Shown: piece after piece, positions 23,210 to 33,962 of the stretch
Layout: the number at the start of each line of letters is the position of its first letter
How positions within the stretch are numbered: the first letter of the stretch is position 1
Origin: Longimicrobiales bacterium
GTDB lineage: Bacteria; Gemmatimonadota; Gemmatimonadetes; Longimicrobiales; Gaopeijiaceae
Direction: 5' to 3'
Assembly (NCBI GenBank): GCA_965248195.1
Contig: CBDFIQ010000001.1
Span: 1 to 64,000, forward strand
Length of the DNA stretch: 64,000 nt
Translations under genes and position numbers: made by a program
Notes under the pieces: model-generated
The model's database searches: none
What the model was told of the DNA's origin: nothing
Seen by the model: only the letters and a program-made list of their open reading frames with translations

Positions 23210-24682
23210 ATGAACGCCAGACATCTTCTCGCCATATCAGTCATGGCGTTTCTGATGATGCCACTCGCTCTGGGCGCCCAGGCCCATGACGCCAGTGTCG
23301 CCAATCATGAGCCCCATCTTTTCGCGGCGGCGGACTTCGGCATCGATCCGGGAGAAATCACGTTCACCAAGGACATCGCTCCCATCCTTCAACGGAGCTG
23401 CGAGAACTGCCACCGTGTCGGCGGCGGAGCACCGATGGCGCTCACCACCTACCGGGAGGTGAGGCGTTATGCCACGAGGATCAAGGACCGCACGGCCATC
23501 AGGGACCGGATGGGCGCCATGCCGCCGTTCTTCGTGGAGAAGGAAATAGGGATCCACCATTTCAAGGACGACCAGTCCCTCAATGATGAAGAGTTGGCCA
23601 CGATCCAGGCCTGGGTGGACAACGGGGCCCCCGAGGGAGATCAGGCCGATATGCCGGCGCCGCTGAGTTGGGATAACAGCGGGGCGTGGACGATCGGGGA
23701 GCCGGACCTGGTCCTGCGGTCCATCGACATGACGGTTCCGGCCGTTGGGCCCGACCGGTGGGACGATATTGGCATGGTGCCGACGGGCCTCACCGTCGAC
23801 CGCTACGTGCAGGCGGTCGAGGTTCGGGAGATCAACGACATTCCGGCGGACCAAACGAGCAGTACGGTGGGCGGACGCTACATCTTCCACCATATGACGT
23901 ATTCCAGTGGGGTCCCGGGTGAGAACGGGACCAGCATCGACGGCCCGTCCACGCGGTGGCCCATTCACGAAGTCGGGCGCAACGCGGACATCTTTCCCGA
24001 CAAGGCGGGCAGGCTTTTGCGGGCGAATTCGGCTCTGCATCTCGGCGCGTCCCATGTTCACTCGAATGGCCGGGAAACCACCGGGCATCTCGAGTTCGGA
24101 TTCAAGTTCTTTCCTTTGGGGTACGAGCCGGAATACCAGCGCGGAGGCGCGCTTCTCGGCAACGGCGTCGACATCGACGTAAAGCCGAATCTGGCCGGTC
24201 AGGAATTCCATTCGTACAGCGTGCTGCAAGAGCACACCAAGATCGTCGCCTTCGAGCCACACCTTCACGCACCGGGGGTGCGCATGTGCCTGGAGGCCAT
24301 CTGGGGCCACAACCAGTTCACGCTCAACTGCGTGGGCTACGATCACAACTGGGTCAAGCAGTACGTGTACCAAGACGAGTACGCGCCGCTGCTGCCGAAG
24401 GGCACCATCCTGCACATCGTGGGCTTCCTGGACACCACGGAAGCCAACGAGAACATAGCGGACGCCAGAAACTGGGCAGGCGGCGGCCGACGGTCGGTCT
24501 CGAACATGTTCATCGACCTCGGCTATTCGGTCACGCTCACGGAGGAGCAATTCCAAGCTGAAATGGCCGAGCGACGCACGATGATGAAGGACAGGAACGA
24601 CTACGACGTCGGGTGTCCGCTGTGTTGGGCCCCGGCAATGGTGGCAAGCGCGCCAACCTTGGATGGAGGCGGCGGCCAGTGA
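23210..24682 (+). CDS. Cytochrome c fused to a copper type II monooxygenase-like (PHM/DBH-like) domain
   Basis: TFTKDIAPILQRSCENCH; FHH, SHVH, PHLH and NM candidate Cu ligands. Confidence 0.75.
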   Translation: MNARHLLAISVMAFLMMPLALGAQAHDASVANHEPHLFAAADFGIDPGEITFTKDIAPILQRSCENCHRVGGGAPMALTTYREVRRYATRIKDRTAIRDRMGAMPPFFVEKEIGIHHFKDDQSLNDEELATIQAWVDNGAPEGDQADMPAPLSWDNSGAWTIGEPDLVLRSIDMTVPAVGPDRWDDIGMVPTGLTVDRYVQAVEVREINDIPADQTSSTVGGRYIFHHMTYSSGVPGENGTSIDGPSTRWPIHEVGRNADIFPDKAGRLLRANSALHLGASHVHSNGRETTGHLEFGFKFFPLGYEPEYQRGGALLGNGVDIDVKPNLAGQEFHSYSVLQEHTKIVAFEPHLHAPGVRMCLEAIWGHNQFTLNCVGYDHNWVKQYVYQDEYAPLLPKGTILHIVGFLDTTEANENIADARNWAGGGRRSVSNMFIDLGYSVTLTEEQFQAEMAERRTMMKDRNDYDVGCPLCWAPAMVASAPTLDGGGGQ

Positions 24683-25671
24683 CGTTGGGCCGTACCTTTC
24701 GGTTCGGGTGGAGGGGGGCGGGGCTCATGCTCGCCCCCGTCGCGGTTCTCTTTCTGGGCCAGACGGCCGACGCTCAGACTCGTTTCATGTACTTGAACGG
24801 CCAGACCGTGTCGCCCGCGTTCGAGGGGTGGTGGCCGAACGACGACGGGACGTTCACGTTATTCTTCGGGTATATGAACTCCAACTGGGAGCAGGAATTC
24901 GACGTCCCGATCGGCCCAGCCAACTATTTCACGTTCGCTGAGCCTAGGGAGCTCGACGACCTCGAGCAGGACGCCTACAACCGTTCGACAGCCGATCAGG
25001 GACAGCCCACGCACTTTTACCCGCGACGGAACCCATTCCTGTTCACGATCCGCGTGCCGAGGGATTTCGACACCACGGAGTTGGTCTGGACTCTCGAGAC
25101 CCGCGGGAAGGTCCATCGTGCGTACGCCTCGCTGGAGTCCGATTACCGGATCGACCCGCAGGTGATCTCGACCGAAGTAGGAGGGGCCTTTGACAGCCTC
25201 AGCGACGCCCTTCGTTACAACATCCCTCCGGACCTCGAGATCGAAGGGGACAAACATCGCAGAATAGTCGTCGGGGAGTCACTGACGGTGGTCGCAATTG
25301 CAAGCGATCCCGACAGTCTTCCGATGAGAAGCACCCGAAGCCGAGTTCCCACCAATCTGGACGAGCTGTATCGGCCTCCCTCGTCTGTGGTCGTTTTGAG
25401 CGGACCCGGTCTACGGCTGTCGTGGATCGTTTACCGGGGCTCTGCCCGGACTGTGACGTTTTCACCGGTCCAGATGAAGACCTGGACGGACTCGCGGATG
25501 TACGGGAACTCTCCATGGTCGCCTCCGTGGATCATTCCCGAGCCGCCTCCGGATGGCAGATGGGTCGCTGAAGTGACCTTTCAGGAGCCGGGCGACTACC
25601 TCCTCCGTGCGGTCGCTAGCGACGGCTCCATGTTCAGCTACGAAAACCTCGCCGTCACCGTGAAGCCGTGA
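24679..25671 (+). CDS. Secreted hypothetical protein with a C-terminal Ig/PKD-like domain
   Basis: Overlaps the upstream stop; FQEPGDYLLRAVASDG. Start uncertain. Confidence 0.7.
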   Translation: MTLGRTFRFGWRGAGLMLAPVAVLFLGQTADAQTRFMYLNGQTVSPAFEGWWPNDDGTFTLFFGYMNSNWEQEFDVPIGPANYFTFAEPRELDDLEQDAYNRSTADQGQPTHFYPRRNPFLFTIRVPRDFDTTELVWTLETRGKVHRAYASLESDYRIDPQVISTEVGGAFDSLSDALRYNIPPDLEIEGDKHRRIVVGESLTVVAIASDPDSLPMRSTRSRVPTNLDELYRPPSSVVVLSGPGLRLSWIVYRGSARTVTFSPVQMKTWTDSRMYGNSPWSPPWIIPEPPPDGRWVAEVTFQEPGDYLLRAVASDGSMFSYENLAVTVKP

Positions 25672-25673
25672 CG

Positions 25674-25934
25674 ATGCCAATCTTCGAGTATCATTGTTCC
25701 GCGTGTGGGGATAAGTTCGAACTTCTCGTGCTCAACTCGTCGCCTGTTCCGGGATGTCCCTCGTGCGGAAGTGAGGACCTCGAGAAGATGATGTCGATAC
25801 CATCCGTGAGTTCGACGGAGACCCGGAGGCGCGCAACTCGCGATATTCGAGCGAGGAATCGAGCGCTGAGGAAAGATCACGACCATGAAGAAGTGAAACG
25901 ACTCGAATCGCACGCTAGCGATCATGACGACTAG
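25674..25934 (+). CDS. FmdB family zinc-ribbon protein
   Basis: MPIFEYHCSACG...CPSCGS. Confidence 0.88.
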   Translation: MPIFEYHCSACGDKFELLVLNSSPVPGCPSCGSEDLEKMMSIPSVSSTETRRRATRDIRARNRALRKDHDHEEVKRLESHASDHDD

Positions 25935-28494
25935 GAAGCTCTACGCCACCCTTGGGTGCGCCGGTGTTGGGCACTGCGGTCTCGGGAGCCCCAGGGCCGG
26001 GCACGCCTCGCTGGCTGCGCTCCTCGTGGTGGGTGGGGTCGCGATGGTACTATTCGGCGCGCACCCCTCCTCTACCGATCTTGCGTTCGCGGGTCCGATT
26101 ACACCCCACTTCGCTCCGACGGACGCGGAAGACGCCCGGGAGATCCTCGACGCCTACTGTGTATGGTGTCACAACGAGACGCGCCTCACCGGTGGACTGG
26201 CGCTCGACGTGTTGGACGTCGAAGACCCGGGTGCAGCTGCCGGTACCTGGGAGAAGGTCATCCGGAAGCTTCGAACCGGCACCATGCCGCCGGGCGGCGT
26301 GCAACGACCCGATCCCGCCGAATATGATCTCGTGGCGAGCTGGCTGGAGACGGGAATCGACGGAACGGCCTCGGCCGCCGAGCCCAACCCAGGTAGGACG
26401 AATGCGATCCACCGTCTCAACCGCCTGGAGTACAACAACGCCATCAACGACCTGTTCGTGCTCGACGTGGATGTCAGGTCGCTTCTGCCGGGCGACGAGA
26501 CGGCGGATGGCAGCTTCGACAATTTCGCCGACGCTCTCTCCATCACGACCACCCATATGGAGCGGTACATGTCCCTGGCCCGTCAGGTGACACGTCTCGC
26601 GACGGGCCTCCCTCCCGCAGCTCCCAGCGTGGCAACCTTCGAGGTTCCGCTGCACGTGGTACAGGACCAGCGTCAGAGTGAAGACCTCCCCTTCGGGTCA
26701 CGAGGCGGTACTGCGGTTCGTTATGATTTCCCGGTTGACGGTGAATACCTGATCAAGATCCAGCTCCGCAGGCAGTACCAGGACTACCTGATGGGCATGG
26801 GATGGTCGCAGCAGCTCGACGTCAGGCTCGACGGAGAGCTCCTCGAGAGGTTCACGGTGGGCGGGGGAGCCAGCGAGTTCAGGCCCGCGGCCGCCAGCTA
26901 CGCGGGTGCGGGGGAGCCGGGTTCGGCTGGTTCTCCCGAGTGGGAAGAGTACATGCAGTCGACAGGAGACGCTCATCTGGAGGTTCGCCTGACGGTCGAG
27001 GCCGGGCCTCGTGTGGTCGGCATATACTTCGTCAGAGAGCAGTGGGAGCCGGAGCTACTGCCGCAGCCGCGTCAGAGAGGGAGGGTCCTGACGAACGATC
27101 AGATCTACATGGACGCCGCAAGCGTACACTCGGTTCAGATAGCAGGCCCGTACGAGATCGCCGGCGCGGACAGGGACACCCCAAGCCGTACGGAAATTTT
27201 CGGGTGCCGTCCCGAGCCCGGCGCGGAAGAAGAGCCTTGCGCCACGCAGATCCTCTCGAAAATGGCCCGACGCGCCTATCGCCGTCCGGTCACGGACCAG
27301 GACGTGCAGGTATTGCTCGAGTTCTTCCGCCAGGGTCGCTCGGAGGGGGCCAGCTTCGACGCCGGGATCCAGCTCGCATTGGAACGACTCGTTGTCGATC
27401 CGGAGTTCCTCTTTCGCATATATCGGGCGCCCACCGGGGTCGATCCGGGCGACGTCTATGCCCTCGACGACGTGGCCATCGCCTCCCGGCTGTCCTTCTT
27501 CCTGTGGAGCAGTATCCCCGACGAGCCCTTGCTCGAGCTAGCGGAGGACGGGCGCTTGACGGATCCCGCCGTGCTCGAGGAGCAGGTTCGAAGGATGTTG
27601 GCGGATCCACGCGCCATCGACGCGCTCGTCGACGGCTTTGCGGCTCAGTGGCTGAACCTTCGCCTGCTTCCCGAGAAGCTCGCCGATCCCCTCAAGTATC
27701 CCGATTTCGACGACAGTCTCCTCGAAGCGTTCCAACAGGAGACGGAGATGTTCGTCGCGAGCAATCTGCGTGACGATCGCCCCATTCCGGAGCTACTGAG
27801 CGCAGACTACACGTACGTAAATGAGCGATTGGCGAGGTTCTATGGGATCCCGGGTGTCTACGGCAGCCGCCCGCGCCGAGTTACGCTTCCGAATCCCGAT
27901 CAGCGGGGAGGCCTGCTCGCGCACGGAGGGCTGATGGCGATTACCGCTTACCCGGACCGCACCTCGCCCGTGTTGCGAGGCAAGTGGCTTCTGGACAATA
28001 TCCTGGGCGCGGATCCGCCACCGCCGCCCGCCAACGTGGACACCAGCCTGGATCAGGGCCCGGAGGCGGAAGCGCTCGGCATCCGCGAGCGACTGGAGCG
28101 GCACCGAGCCGATCCTCTCTGCGCCAGTTGCCATACGCTCATGGATCCCCTGGGGTTCGCGCTCGAGGAGTTCGATGCCGTGGGAGCGTGGCGGGATACC
28201 GATGAGACAGGGGGTCCGGTCGATAACCTCGGGACCTGGCCCAGCGGTGTAGAGCTAAATGGGGTGCGGTCGCTGAGGGCACTCTTACTCGACTACGATG
28301 ACCAGTTCGTACGCACGGTCACCGAGAAACTCATGTCTTACGCTCTGGGACGTCCGCTTGAATATTTCGATCAGCCGACCGTACGTCAGATCGTACGCGA
28401 TGCGGAAGACGGCGGTTACCGCTGGTCATCAATCGTACTTGGAATCGTAAAGAGCCCGGCCTTTCTCATGCGCCGGTCCGCAGAAGCGATCTGA
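25924..28494 (+). CDS. DUF1592/DUF1588/DUF1587/DUF1595/DUF1585 cytochrome c protein
   Basis: CVWCH, HRLNRLEYNN, ASRLSFFLWSS, TSPVLRGKW and CASCH motifs. Confidence 0.9.
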   Translation: MTTRKLYATLGCAGVGHCGLGSPRAGHASLAALLVVGGVAMVLFGAHPSSTDLAFAGPITPHFAPTDAEDAREILDAYCVWCHNETRLTGGLALDVLDVEDPGAAAGTWEKVIRKLRTGTMPPGGVQRPDPAEYDLVASWLETGIDGTASAAEPNPGRTNAIHRLNRLEYNNAINDLFVLDVDVRSLLPGDETADGSFDNFADALSITTTHMERYMSLARQVTRLATGLPPAAPSVATFEVPLHVVQDQRQSEDLPFGSRGGTAVRYDFPVDGEYLIKIQLRRQYQDYLMGMGWSQQLDVRLDGELLERFTVGGGASEFRPAAASYAGAGEPGSAGSPEWEEYMQSTGDAHLEVRLTVEAGPRVVGIYFVREQWEPELLPQPRQRGRVLTNDQIYMDAASVHSVQIAGPYEIAGADRDTPSRTEIFGCRPEPGAEEEPCATQILSKMARRAYRRPVTDQDVQVLLEFFRQGRSEGASFDAGIQLALERLVVDPEFLFRIYRAPTGVDPGDVYALDDVAIASRLSFFLWSSIPDEPLLELAEDGRLTDPAVLEEQVRRMLADPRAIDALVDGFAAQWLNLRLLPEKLADPLKYPDFDDSLLEAFQQETEMFVASNLRDDRPIPELLSADYTYVNERLARFYGIPGVYGSRPRRVTLPNPDQRGGLLAHGGLMAITAYPDRTSPVLRGKWLLDNILGADPPPPPANVDTSLDQGPEAEALGIRERLERHRADPLCASCHTLMDPLGFALEEFDAVGAWRDTDETGGPVDNLGTWPSGVELNGVRSLRALLLDYDDQFVRTVTEKLMSYALGRPLEYFDQPTVRQIVRDAEDGGYRWSSIVLGIVKSPAFLMRRSAEAI

Positions 28495-28526
28495 GACGGG
28501 AACAGAACAAACTTGGGAGGCACCAG

Positions 28527-29870
28527 ATGCTAAGAATACTGACCGGGAAAACGCTCCCCCGACGCACGCTTCTGAAGGGGCTCGGCGCCAGCGTGGCGTT
28601 ACCGTTTCTCGACTCGATGTTCCCCGCTTTCGGGCTCCGGGGACAGGCCGCGCCCAAGCGCGTGCATCGGTTCCAGGCGTTCTACGTACCGAACGGGATG
28701 GCGATGGAGTACTGGTCTCCCAACGGGGAGGGGCGAGATTTCGATCTCCCCCCCATCCTCGAGCCCCTGGCCCCGTTTAAGGATCAGATGCTGGTCCTTT
28801 CGGGAATCAGAGCGAACTGGGTCCAGATCCACGCCGGCGCTTCTGGATCGTTCCTGACTGGCATTCCTCAGGGCGGGCGCACCGAGACTGAAATCTTCGC
28901 GGACGTTTCGATGGATCAGCTCCTGGCGCGAGAGTTCGGCCGGGAGACTCAAGTGGCCTCGCTGGAGCTCTCCATGGACGCCTCGGCGAACGCGGGGGCC
29001 TGCAGCAGCAACCTCAGTTGCGTCTATACGCATACGCTCTCGTGGCGTGGCCCGACGCAGCCCCTACCGACCGAGTACAATCCGCGGGCCGTGTTCGAGC
29101 GACTGTTCGGCGATGCCGGCTCCACGGAGCGCTCGGCTCGAGAGGCGAGGTTGAAACAGCAGTCGAGCATACTCGATTCCGTGACGGACAAGATAGCCGC
29201 CCTCAGCCGGGAGATCGGGGCACAGGATCAGATCAAGGTGGAGCAATACACGGAGGCCATCCGAGACGTCGAGCGGCGCATTCAGAGAGCCGAGGAGCAG
29301 ATCGATATCGAGCTGCCCAACTTCGAGCAACCCGAGGGTGCGCCGGGTGTGTTCGAAGACCACTTGGAGTTGATGACGGACTTGAAGGTTCTGGCGCTTC
29401 AGGCCGATTTGACCCGGGTCATCACGTTCATGATCGGCAAAGAGCAGAGCCCGCGGCCCTACCCGCAGATCGATGTGCCGGACGCTCACCATCCGCTTTC
29501 GCATCACAACAACCAGCCGGAGCTGGTCGAGCGCATGTCGAGAATCAACCGTTACCACACCGGGCTCTTCGCACGGTATTTGGCCAAGCTCGAGGCAACC
29601 CCCGACGGCGACGGAACGCTGCTGGACAACATGACGATCCTGTATGGCGCCGGGATCTCCAACAGCACACGGCACTCCGGCCAGAACCTTCCAATCCTCG
29701 TGATGGGAGGTGGCGCGGGAACCCTCCGAGGCGGTCAACACCTCACGTACTCCGACGACCCGGGCATGGCGAACTTGCTTGTCACACTCATGGACAAGCA
29801 GGGTCTGCCGGTCGATAGGATAGGAGCAAGCACCGGAGCGCTGCAGATCGATGCGCTCCCAGGGATCTGA
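28527..29870 (+). CDS. DUF1552 family protein (Tat-like signal)
   Basis: LPRRTLLKG...LPFLDSM, YVPNGM, HHPLSHH. Confidence 0.9.
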   Translation: MLRILTGKTLPRRTLLKGLGASVALPFLDSMFPAFGLRGQAAPKRVHRFQAFYVPNGMAMEYWSPNGEGRDFDLPPILEPLAPFKDQMLVLSGIRANWVQIHAGASGSFLTGIPQGGRTETEIFADVSMDQLLAREFGRETQVASLELSMDASANAGACSSNLSCVYTHTLSWRGPTQPLPTEYNPRAVFERLFGDAGSTERSAREARLKQQSSILDSVTDKIAALSREIGAQDQIKVEQYTEAIRDVERRIQRAEEQIDIELPNFEQPEGAPGVFEDHLELMTDLKVLALQADLTRVITFMIGKEQSPRPYPQIDVPDAHHPLSHHNNQPELVERMSRINRYHTGLFARYLAKLEATPDGDGTLLDNMTILYGAGISNSTRHSGQNLPILVMGGGAGTLRGGQHLTYSDDPGMANLLVTLMDKQGLPVDRIGASTGALQIDALPGI

Positions 29871-29876
29871 TCTCGT

Positions 29877-31244
29877 ATGCATAAACGGAGTGTGGTGGGA
29901 CGACGAGGAGCGGCAACGCTGATCCCGTTGGGCTTGGCCCTGGTTCTGGTGGGAGCCGGCTTGGCCGACCCACCGCCCCTGATCGAGGCGGCAAAGGGTG
30001 GGGATTGGGAAGCGGTCCGGACGCTGCTCGAGCAAGGGGCGGACGTCACCGCCACGGCACCCGACGGGGCGACCGCCCTTCACTGGGCGAGCTATTGGGA
30101 CGACGTCGAGACCGCCGAACTCCTGATTCGTGCGAGCGCAGACGTAAGCGCGGCAAACGATCTCGGCGCCACGCCCCTCTGGATCGCGAGCTTGAACGGA
30201 AGTGCGTCGATGGTCCGGATCCTGCTAGAGGCGGGAGCGGATCCGACCGCCGCGCTCCTCTCCGGGGAGACCCCCACCATGACAGCGGCTCGCACAGGCA
30301 GCCCCCAGGTGGTGGACCAGCTACTCGCCGCCGGTGCCGACCCTAACGCCCGCGCCACGCGCGGACAGACCGCGCTCATGTGGGCGGCCTCCCAGGGGCA
30401 TTCCGACGCGGTCGGCGTGCTGCTCGAATACGGAGCGGACATCCACGCCCGGTCGGAGACGTGGAGTCAGGTCATGGCCGTCCCCCCCCACACGGCAAAC
30501 CAACAGGCCGTCCCTCACGGAGGGAACACGGCGCTCACCTTCGCGGCCCGGGTGGGTGATCTCGCCTCGGCCAGGACGCTCGTGAATGCGGGTGCCGACG
30601 TGAACGATGCCGATGCGCGTGGCGTCAGCACAACGGTTCTTGCCGCCCACTCCGGATTTGGGGATCTGGTAGAGCTCTTCCTTGACGAGGGCGCGGACCC
30701 GAATGCCGCCGAGGCTGGGTTCTCCGCTCTCCACGTCGCGATCATGCGTCGGGACGAAGGGCTGGGTCGTATGCTTCTCGCCCACGGGGCCGATCCGAAC
30801 GCTCGAATCACGAACTGGACGCCCACGCGTCGCGCATCGGCCGATTGGTCCTTTCACCCCGCCCTTATCGGAGCGACGCCTTTCTGGCTCGCGGCACGGC
30901 TCACCCAACCCAGGTTCATGCGCCTTCTCGTGGGCCACGGAGCCGATCCGCTCTTCGTGCACCGGGTCCACTACGTGGCATCCTCCGGGTCGTACGGGGC
31001 CGGCGGTACGGACGAAGCGACCACCGCCCTCATGGCTGCGGCCGGGATGGGTGGCCCGAGAAGGGTGCGTGGCTTCGTCAATCCGGACCCCGCCGAATTG
31101 GAGTTTCTCACTCTCGAAGCCGTAAAATTCGCGGTGGAGCTGGGCATCGACGTCAACGCCACCAACCTGGATGAGCAGACGGCTGCGGATGCCCGGACCT
31201 TCGACTCGGTGAGGGAGTTCCTGGTTGCGGAGGCCGCCCGCTAA
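29877..31244 (+). CDS. Secreted ankyrin-repeat protein
   Basis: Multiple GxTAL/TPL...LL..GAD repeats. Confidence 0.92.
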   Translation: MHKRSVVGRRGAATLIPLGLALVLVGAGLADPPPLIEAAKGGDWEAVRTLLEQGADVTATAPDGATALHWASYWDDVETAELLIRASADVSAANDLGATPLWIASLNGSASMVRILLEAGADPTAALLSGETPTMTAARTGSPQVVDQLLAAGADPNARATRGQTALMWAASQGHSDAVGVLLEYGADIHARSETWSQVMAVPPHTANQQAVPHGGNTALTFAARVGDLASARTLVNAGADVNDADARGVSTTVLAAHSGFGDLVELFLDEGADPNAAEAGFSALHVAIMRRDEGLGRMLLAHGADPNARITNWTPTRRASADWSFHPALIGATPFWLAARLTQPRFMRLLVGHGADPLFVHRVHYVASSGSYGAGGTDEATTALMAAAGMGGPRRVRGFVNPDPAELEFLTLEAVKFAVELGIDVNATNLDEQTAADARTFDSVREFLVAEAAR

Positions 31245-31329
31245 GACTTGCCATTTTACCCGATCCGTGCCTGGCACGGATCGACAACATCCATTTCGTC
31301 TTGGGCGCGGCAGCCCAGAGGAGCAAACC

Positions 31330-31773
31330 ATGACAACGAGGAAGCGTTTCGTGTTCGCCGGCGTGGCGATCGTTTTTGGAGCGGGTTTCATGCTGGGCAG
31401 CACGACGCAGGGCATCCAGGACGCCCAGGCGCAGTCCGCCGACCGCATCTTCGAGCTCAGGACCTACACGGCTCCTGAAGGCAAGCTGCCCAACCTACAA
31501 GCCCGCTTCCGCGATCATACGATGGATCTGTTCGAACGGCATGGAATAACGAACATCGGTTACTGGACGCCCCAGGACGAGCCGAACTCCTCGAACACCC
31601 TGGTCTACATCATCGCCCACGCCAACCGTGAGGCGGCAGCGGCGAGTTGGGACGCATTCCGAAACGATCCCGAATGGCGGGAGGTGAGCCGCGTGTCCCA
31701 GGTGGACGGCCGAATCGTGAGTAACGTGGAGTCGGTGTTCCTCGATCCGACGGACTATTCGCCTATTCAGTAA
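31330..31773 (+). CDS. NIPSNAP family protein
   Basis: FELRTY...GKLPNLQARFRDHT...FRNDPEW. Confidence 0.88.
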   Translation: MTTRKRFVFAGVAIVFGAGFMLGSTTQGIQDAQAQSADRIFELRTYTAPEGKLPNLQARFRDHTMDLFERHGITNIGYWTPQDEPNSSNTLVYIIAHANREAAAASWDAFRNDPEWREVSRVSQVDGRIVSNVESVFLDPTDYSPIQ

Positions 31774-31796
31774 CGGGCCCTGACAAGCGGCCGGAC

Positions 31797-31822
31797 GCCC
31801 GGGACAGAGAGGTGTCCCGGGC
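31797..31822. terminator. Hairpin between convergent genes
   Basis: 10-bp stem GCCCGGGACA/TGTCCCGGGC. Confidence 0.55.
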
Positions 31823-31886
31823 GATCAGCCTTTGGGCTCGGCAGCGTCGAAAAAGGTAGGGGCCGGCGACTTCCCGGGTTGCCGCG

Positions 31887-32903
31887 CTAAAAACCCACGC
31901 CCTTCACGTTCAGTCGAACGCGCACCAAGCGCGTATTGGCCGTGATGAACAGTGTGAAGCCATCTTCACCGAACGTGGCGTTGGACGTCCTAGGCGGCGC
32001 CATGATCGAGCCCAGGTGCTCCCCGCCCGCGTTGATGATCAACACTCCACCCCCTGGGCCGGTAAGGTATACGTTCCCCTGTTGATCGACGGCCATGCCG
32101 TCGCCCCACGAATCGAAGAAGACGCGACCATTGCCGAGGTTGCCGTCGGGCTCCACGTCGTACGCCATGACGACGGGCTGATTCGCCCCATCCGAGTTGG
32201 CCACGTAGAGGACGGATTGGTCGGGTGAGAACGCGATGCCGTTCGGCCGAGAGAGATCGTCGACCTGCAGGGTCAAAGATCCGTCAGCAGCCAACCGGTA
32301 CACGCCCTGAAAGTCGAGCTCCTTCGGTTCGTTGCCCCCTTCCAGTCCGTACGGTGGGTCGGTGAAGTACAGATCTCCGTTATTGCGCGGCGCCACGTCG
32401 TTGGGCGAATTGAAGCGTTGTCCCCCGTACTCCCCGGCGAGGGTCTCGAAGTTGGACTCGGGTGCGTCCCAGGGAGCGTTCATACGGGCGATGCGCCGAT
32501 CACCGTGCTGGGCCAAGACGAGTCTTCCCTGCGCGTCCAGGGCCAGGCCGTTGGATCCGCTCTCCCCTTCCCTGGGCATCTCCCCCGTGTATCCCGCCGG
32601 TTGCAGCCAGAGCGACGCCCCTTCGCCCTCGCTCCACCGGTAGACGGCGTTGTTGGGAATGTCCGAGTAGAGGATCGACTGGAGCTCCGGAACCCAAACG
32701 GGTCCCTCGACCCATTCGTGGCCCTCGGAGAGAACCTCGATCACAGCGTCCAGGGGAACGATGGCGTCCAACCTCGGATCGAGACGCTCGATGCTACCGG
32801 TGGTCGGTAACGGGCCCGAGGTCGCGCCCTCATCAGCCGGCTCGGCGCCCACGCAAGACAGCATCGTCGCCAGCCCGAAAAGGAACGCCAAATGTCTATT
32901 CAT
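31887..32903 (-). CDS. SMP-30/gluconolactonase family lipoprotein
   Basis: WVEGPVW, FNSPND, YFTDPPYG, PNGIAFSPD and DGMAVD motifs. Confidence 0.9.
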   Translation of the reverse strand: MNRHLAFLFGLATMLSCVGAEPADEGATSGPLPTTGSIERLDPRLDAIVPLDAVIEVLSEGHEWVEGPVWVPELQSILYSDIPNNAVYRWSEGEGASLWLQPAGYTGEMPREGESGSNGLALDAQGRLVLAQHGDRRIARMNAPWDAPESNFETLAGEYGGQRFNSPNDVAPRNNGDLYFTDPPYGLEGGNEPKELDFQGVYRLAADGSLTLQVDDLSRPNGIAFSPDQSVLYVANSDGANQPVVMAYDVEPDGNLGNGRVFFDSWGDGMAVDQQGNVYLTGPGGGVLIINAGGEHLGSIMAPPRTSNATFGEDGFTLFITANTRLVRVRLNVKGVGF

Positions 32904-32975
32904 CTCGCGAGCCTCCAAAGTCTACCGCGGCGCGAGGAGTCGCCGCTCGTTCTCCCGCACATCTGACAGGAGCCT

Positions 32976-33767
32976 CTAGCTGTTCGCCGCGCCTCCGCTG
33001 GAGTGCAGCGCAAACGCCGCCCCCTGTGTGTCTATGCACTGTACGACCCGATCCCCGCCCGGTACGTCCATGGGCCCGTTGAGCACCTGGCCACCCAGTG
33101 ACTTCACCGTTTCAGCGGCAGCGTCGACGTCGGGCACCGTGGCGTAGAGGAGCCAATGCGGGGGGGCAGGAATGTTGGGGCCCAGGTTGTACATGCCCCC
33201 CAACTCGTGCCCTCCGCTCCCGTACATCTGGTAGACTCCCATCCCTTCGCCCATGTCCATGGCGTTGGTCTTCTCCCAACCGAAAAGAGCCGAGTAGAAG
33301 TCGAAGCCGGCCTCGTAGTCGGAAGTCGCGAGCTCGTGCCACGAGAACTCGCCGACCTGGGGAGGCCCGTCCCGCCCGGGGGAATCACTAGCGGCCGTGA
33401 ACACAGCGAAGACCGCCCCCTGCGGATCGCTGAGCACGGCCATGCGTCCCACCTCGGGAATGCTCATGGGCTCCACGAGGACCTTGGCCCCCAGCTCCTT
33501 GGCCTGTTCGACGGTGGCGTCCGTGTCCGGGGTGGAGACGTACGCCAGCCAGTGGGGAGGTGCGCCACCGGCCCTGGCCTCTTCGGGAAGGTCCATGATT
33601 CCTCCCACCGGGGCTTCTCCGATGGTGAACATCGTGTAGGCCTGCTCCCCACCCTCCATCTCCTGCGTGTCCCACCCGACAACCCGTTTGTAGAAGTCGA
33701 TGGTGGGGCCTTTGTCCACAGTGAGCATCTCGTACCAGACGAAACGACCGTGAGGCGACTCGGCCAT
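32976..33767 (-). CDS. Two-domain VOC/glyoxalase family protein
   Basis: FVWYEM and FSWHEL repeats; DPQGA. Confidence 0.88.
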   Translation of the reverse strand: MAESPHGRFVWYEMLTVDKGPTIDFYKRVVGWDTQEMEGGEQAYTMFTIGEAPVGGIMDLPEEARAGGAPPHWLAYVSTPDTDATVEQAKELGAKVLVEPMSIPEVGRMAVLSDPQGAVFAVFTAASDSPGRDGPPQVGEFSWHELATSDYEAGFDFYSALFGWEKTNAMDMGEGMGVYQMYGSGGHELGGMYNLGPNIPAPPHWLLYATVPDVDAAAETVKSLGGQVLNGPMDVPGGDRVVQCIDTQGAAFALHSSGGAANS

Positions 33768-33962
33768 TGCCACCCTCCCATCCGAAGTAGCAGCCACGGG
33801 TCGGGCCTCGCTGAACAGGCTGACCCGGAAAGGATCTGAAGGTACGGCGTTTGAAGTCAAGCGGAAACGACGCGGCCCATCGAGCGCCGGGTTAGGTACC
33901 ACCCCAGCAGCTAAGCGATGATGTTGTTGGTGCCGAAACAAGTGAGCTCCCACCGCGGATAC

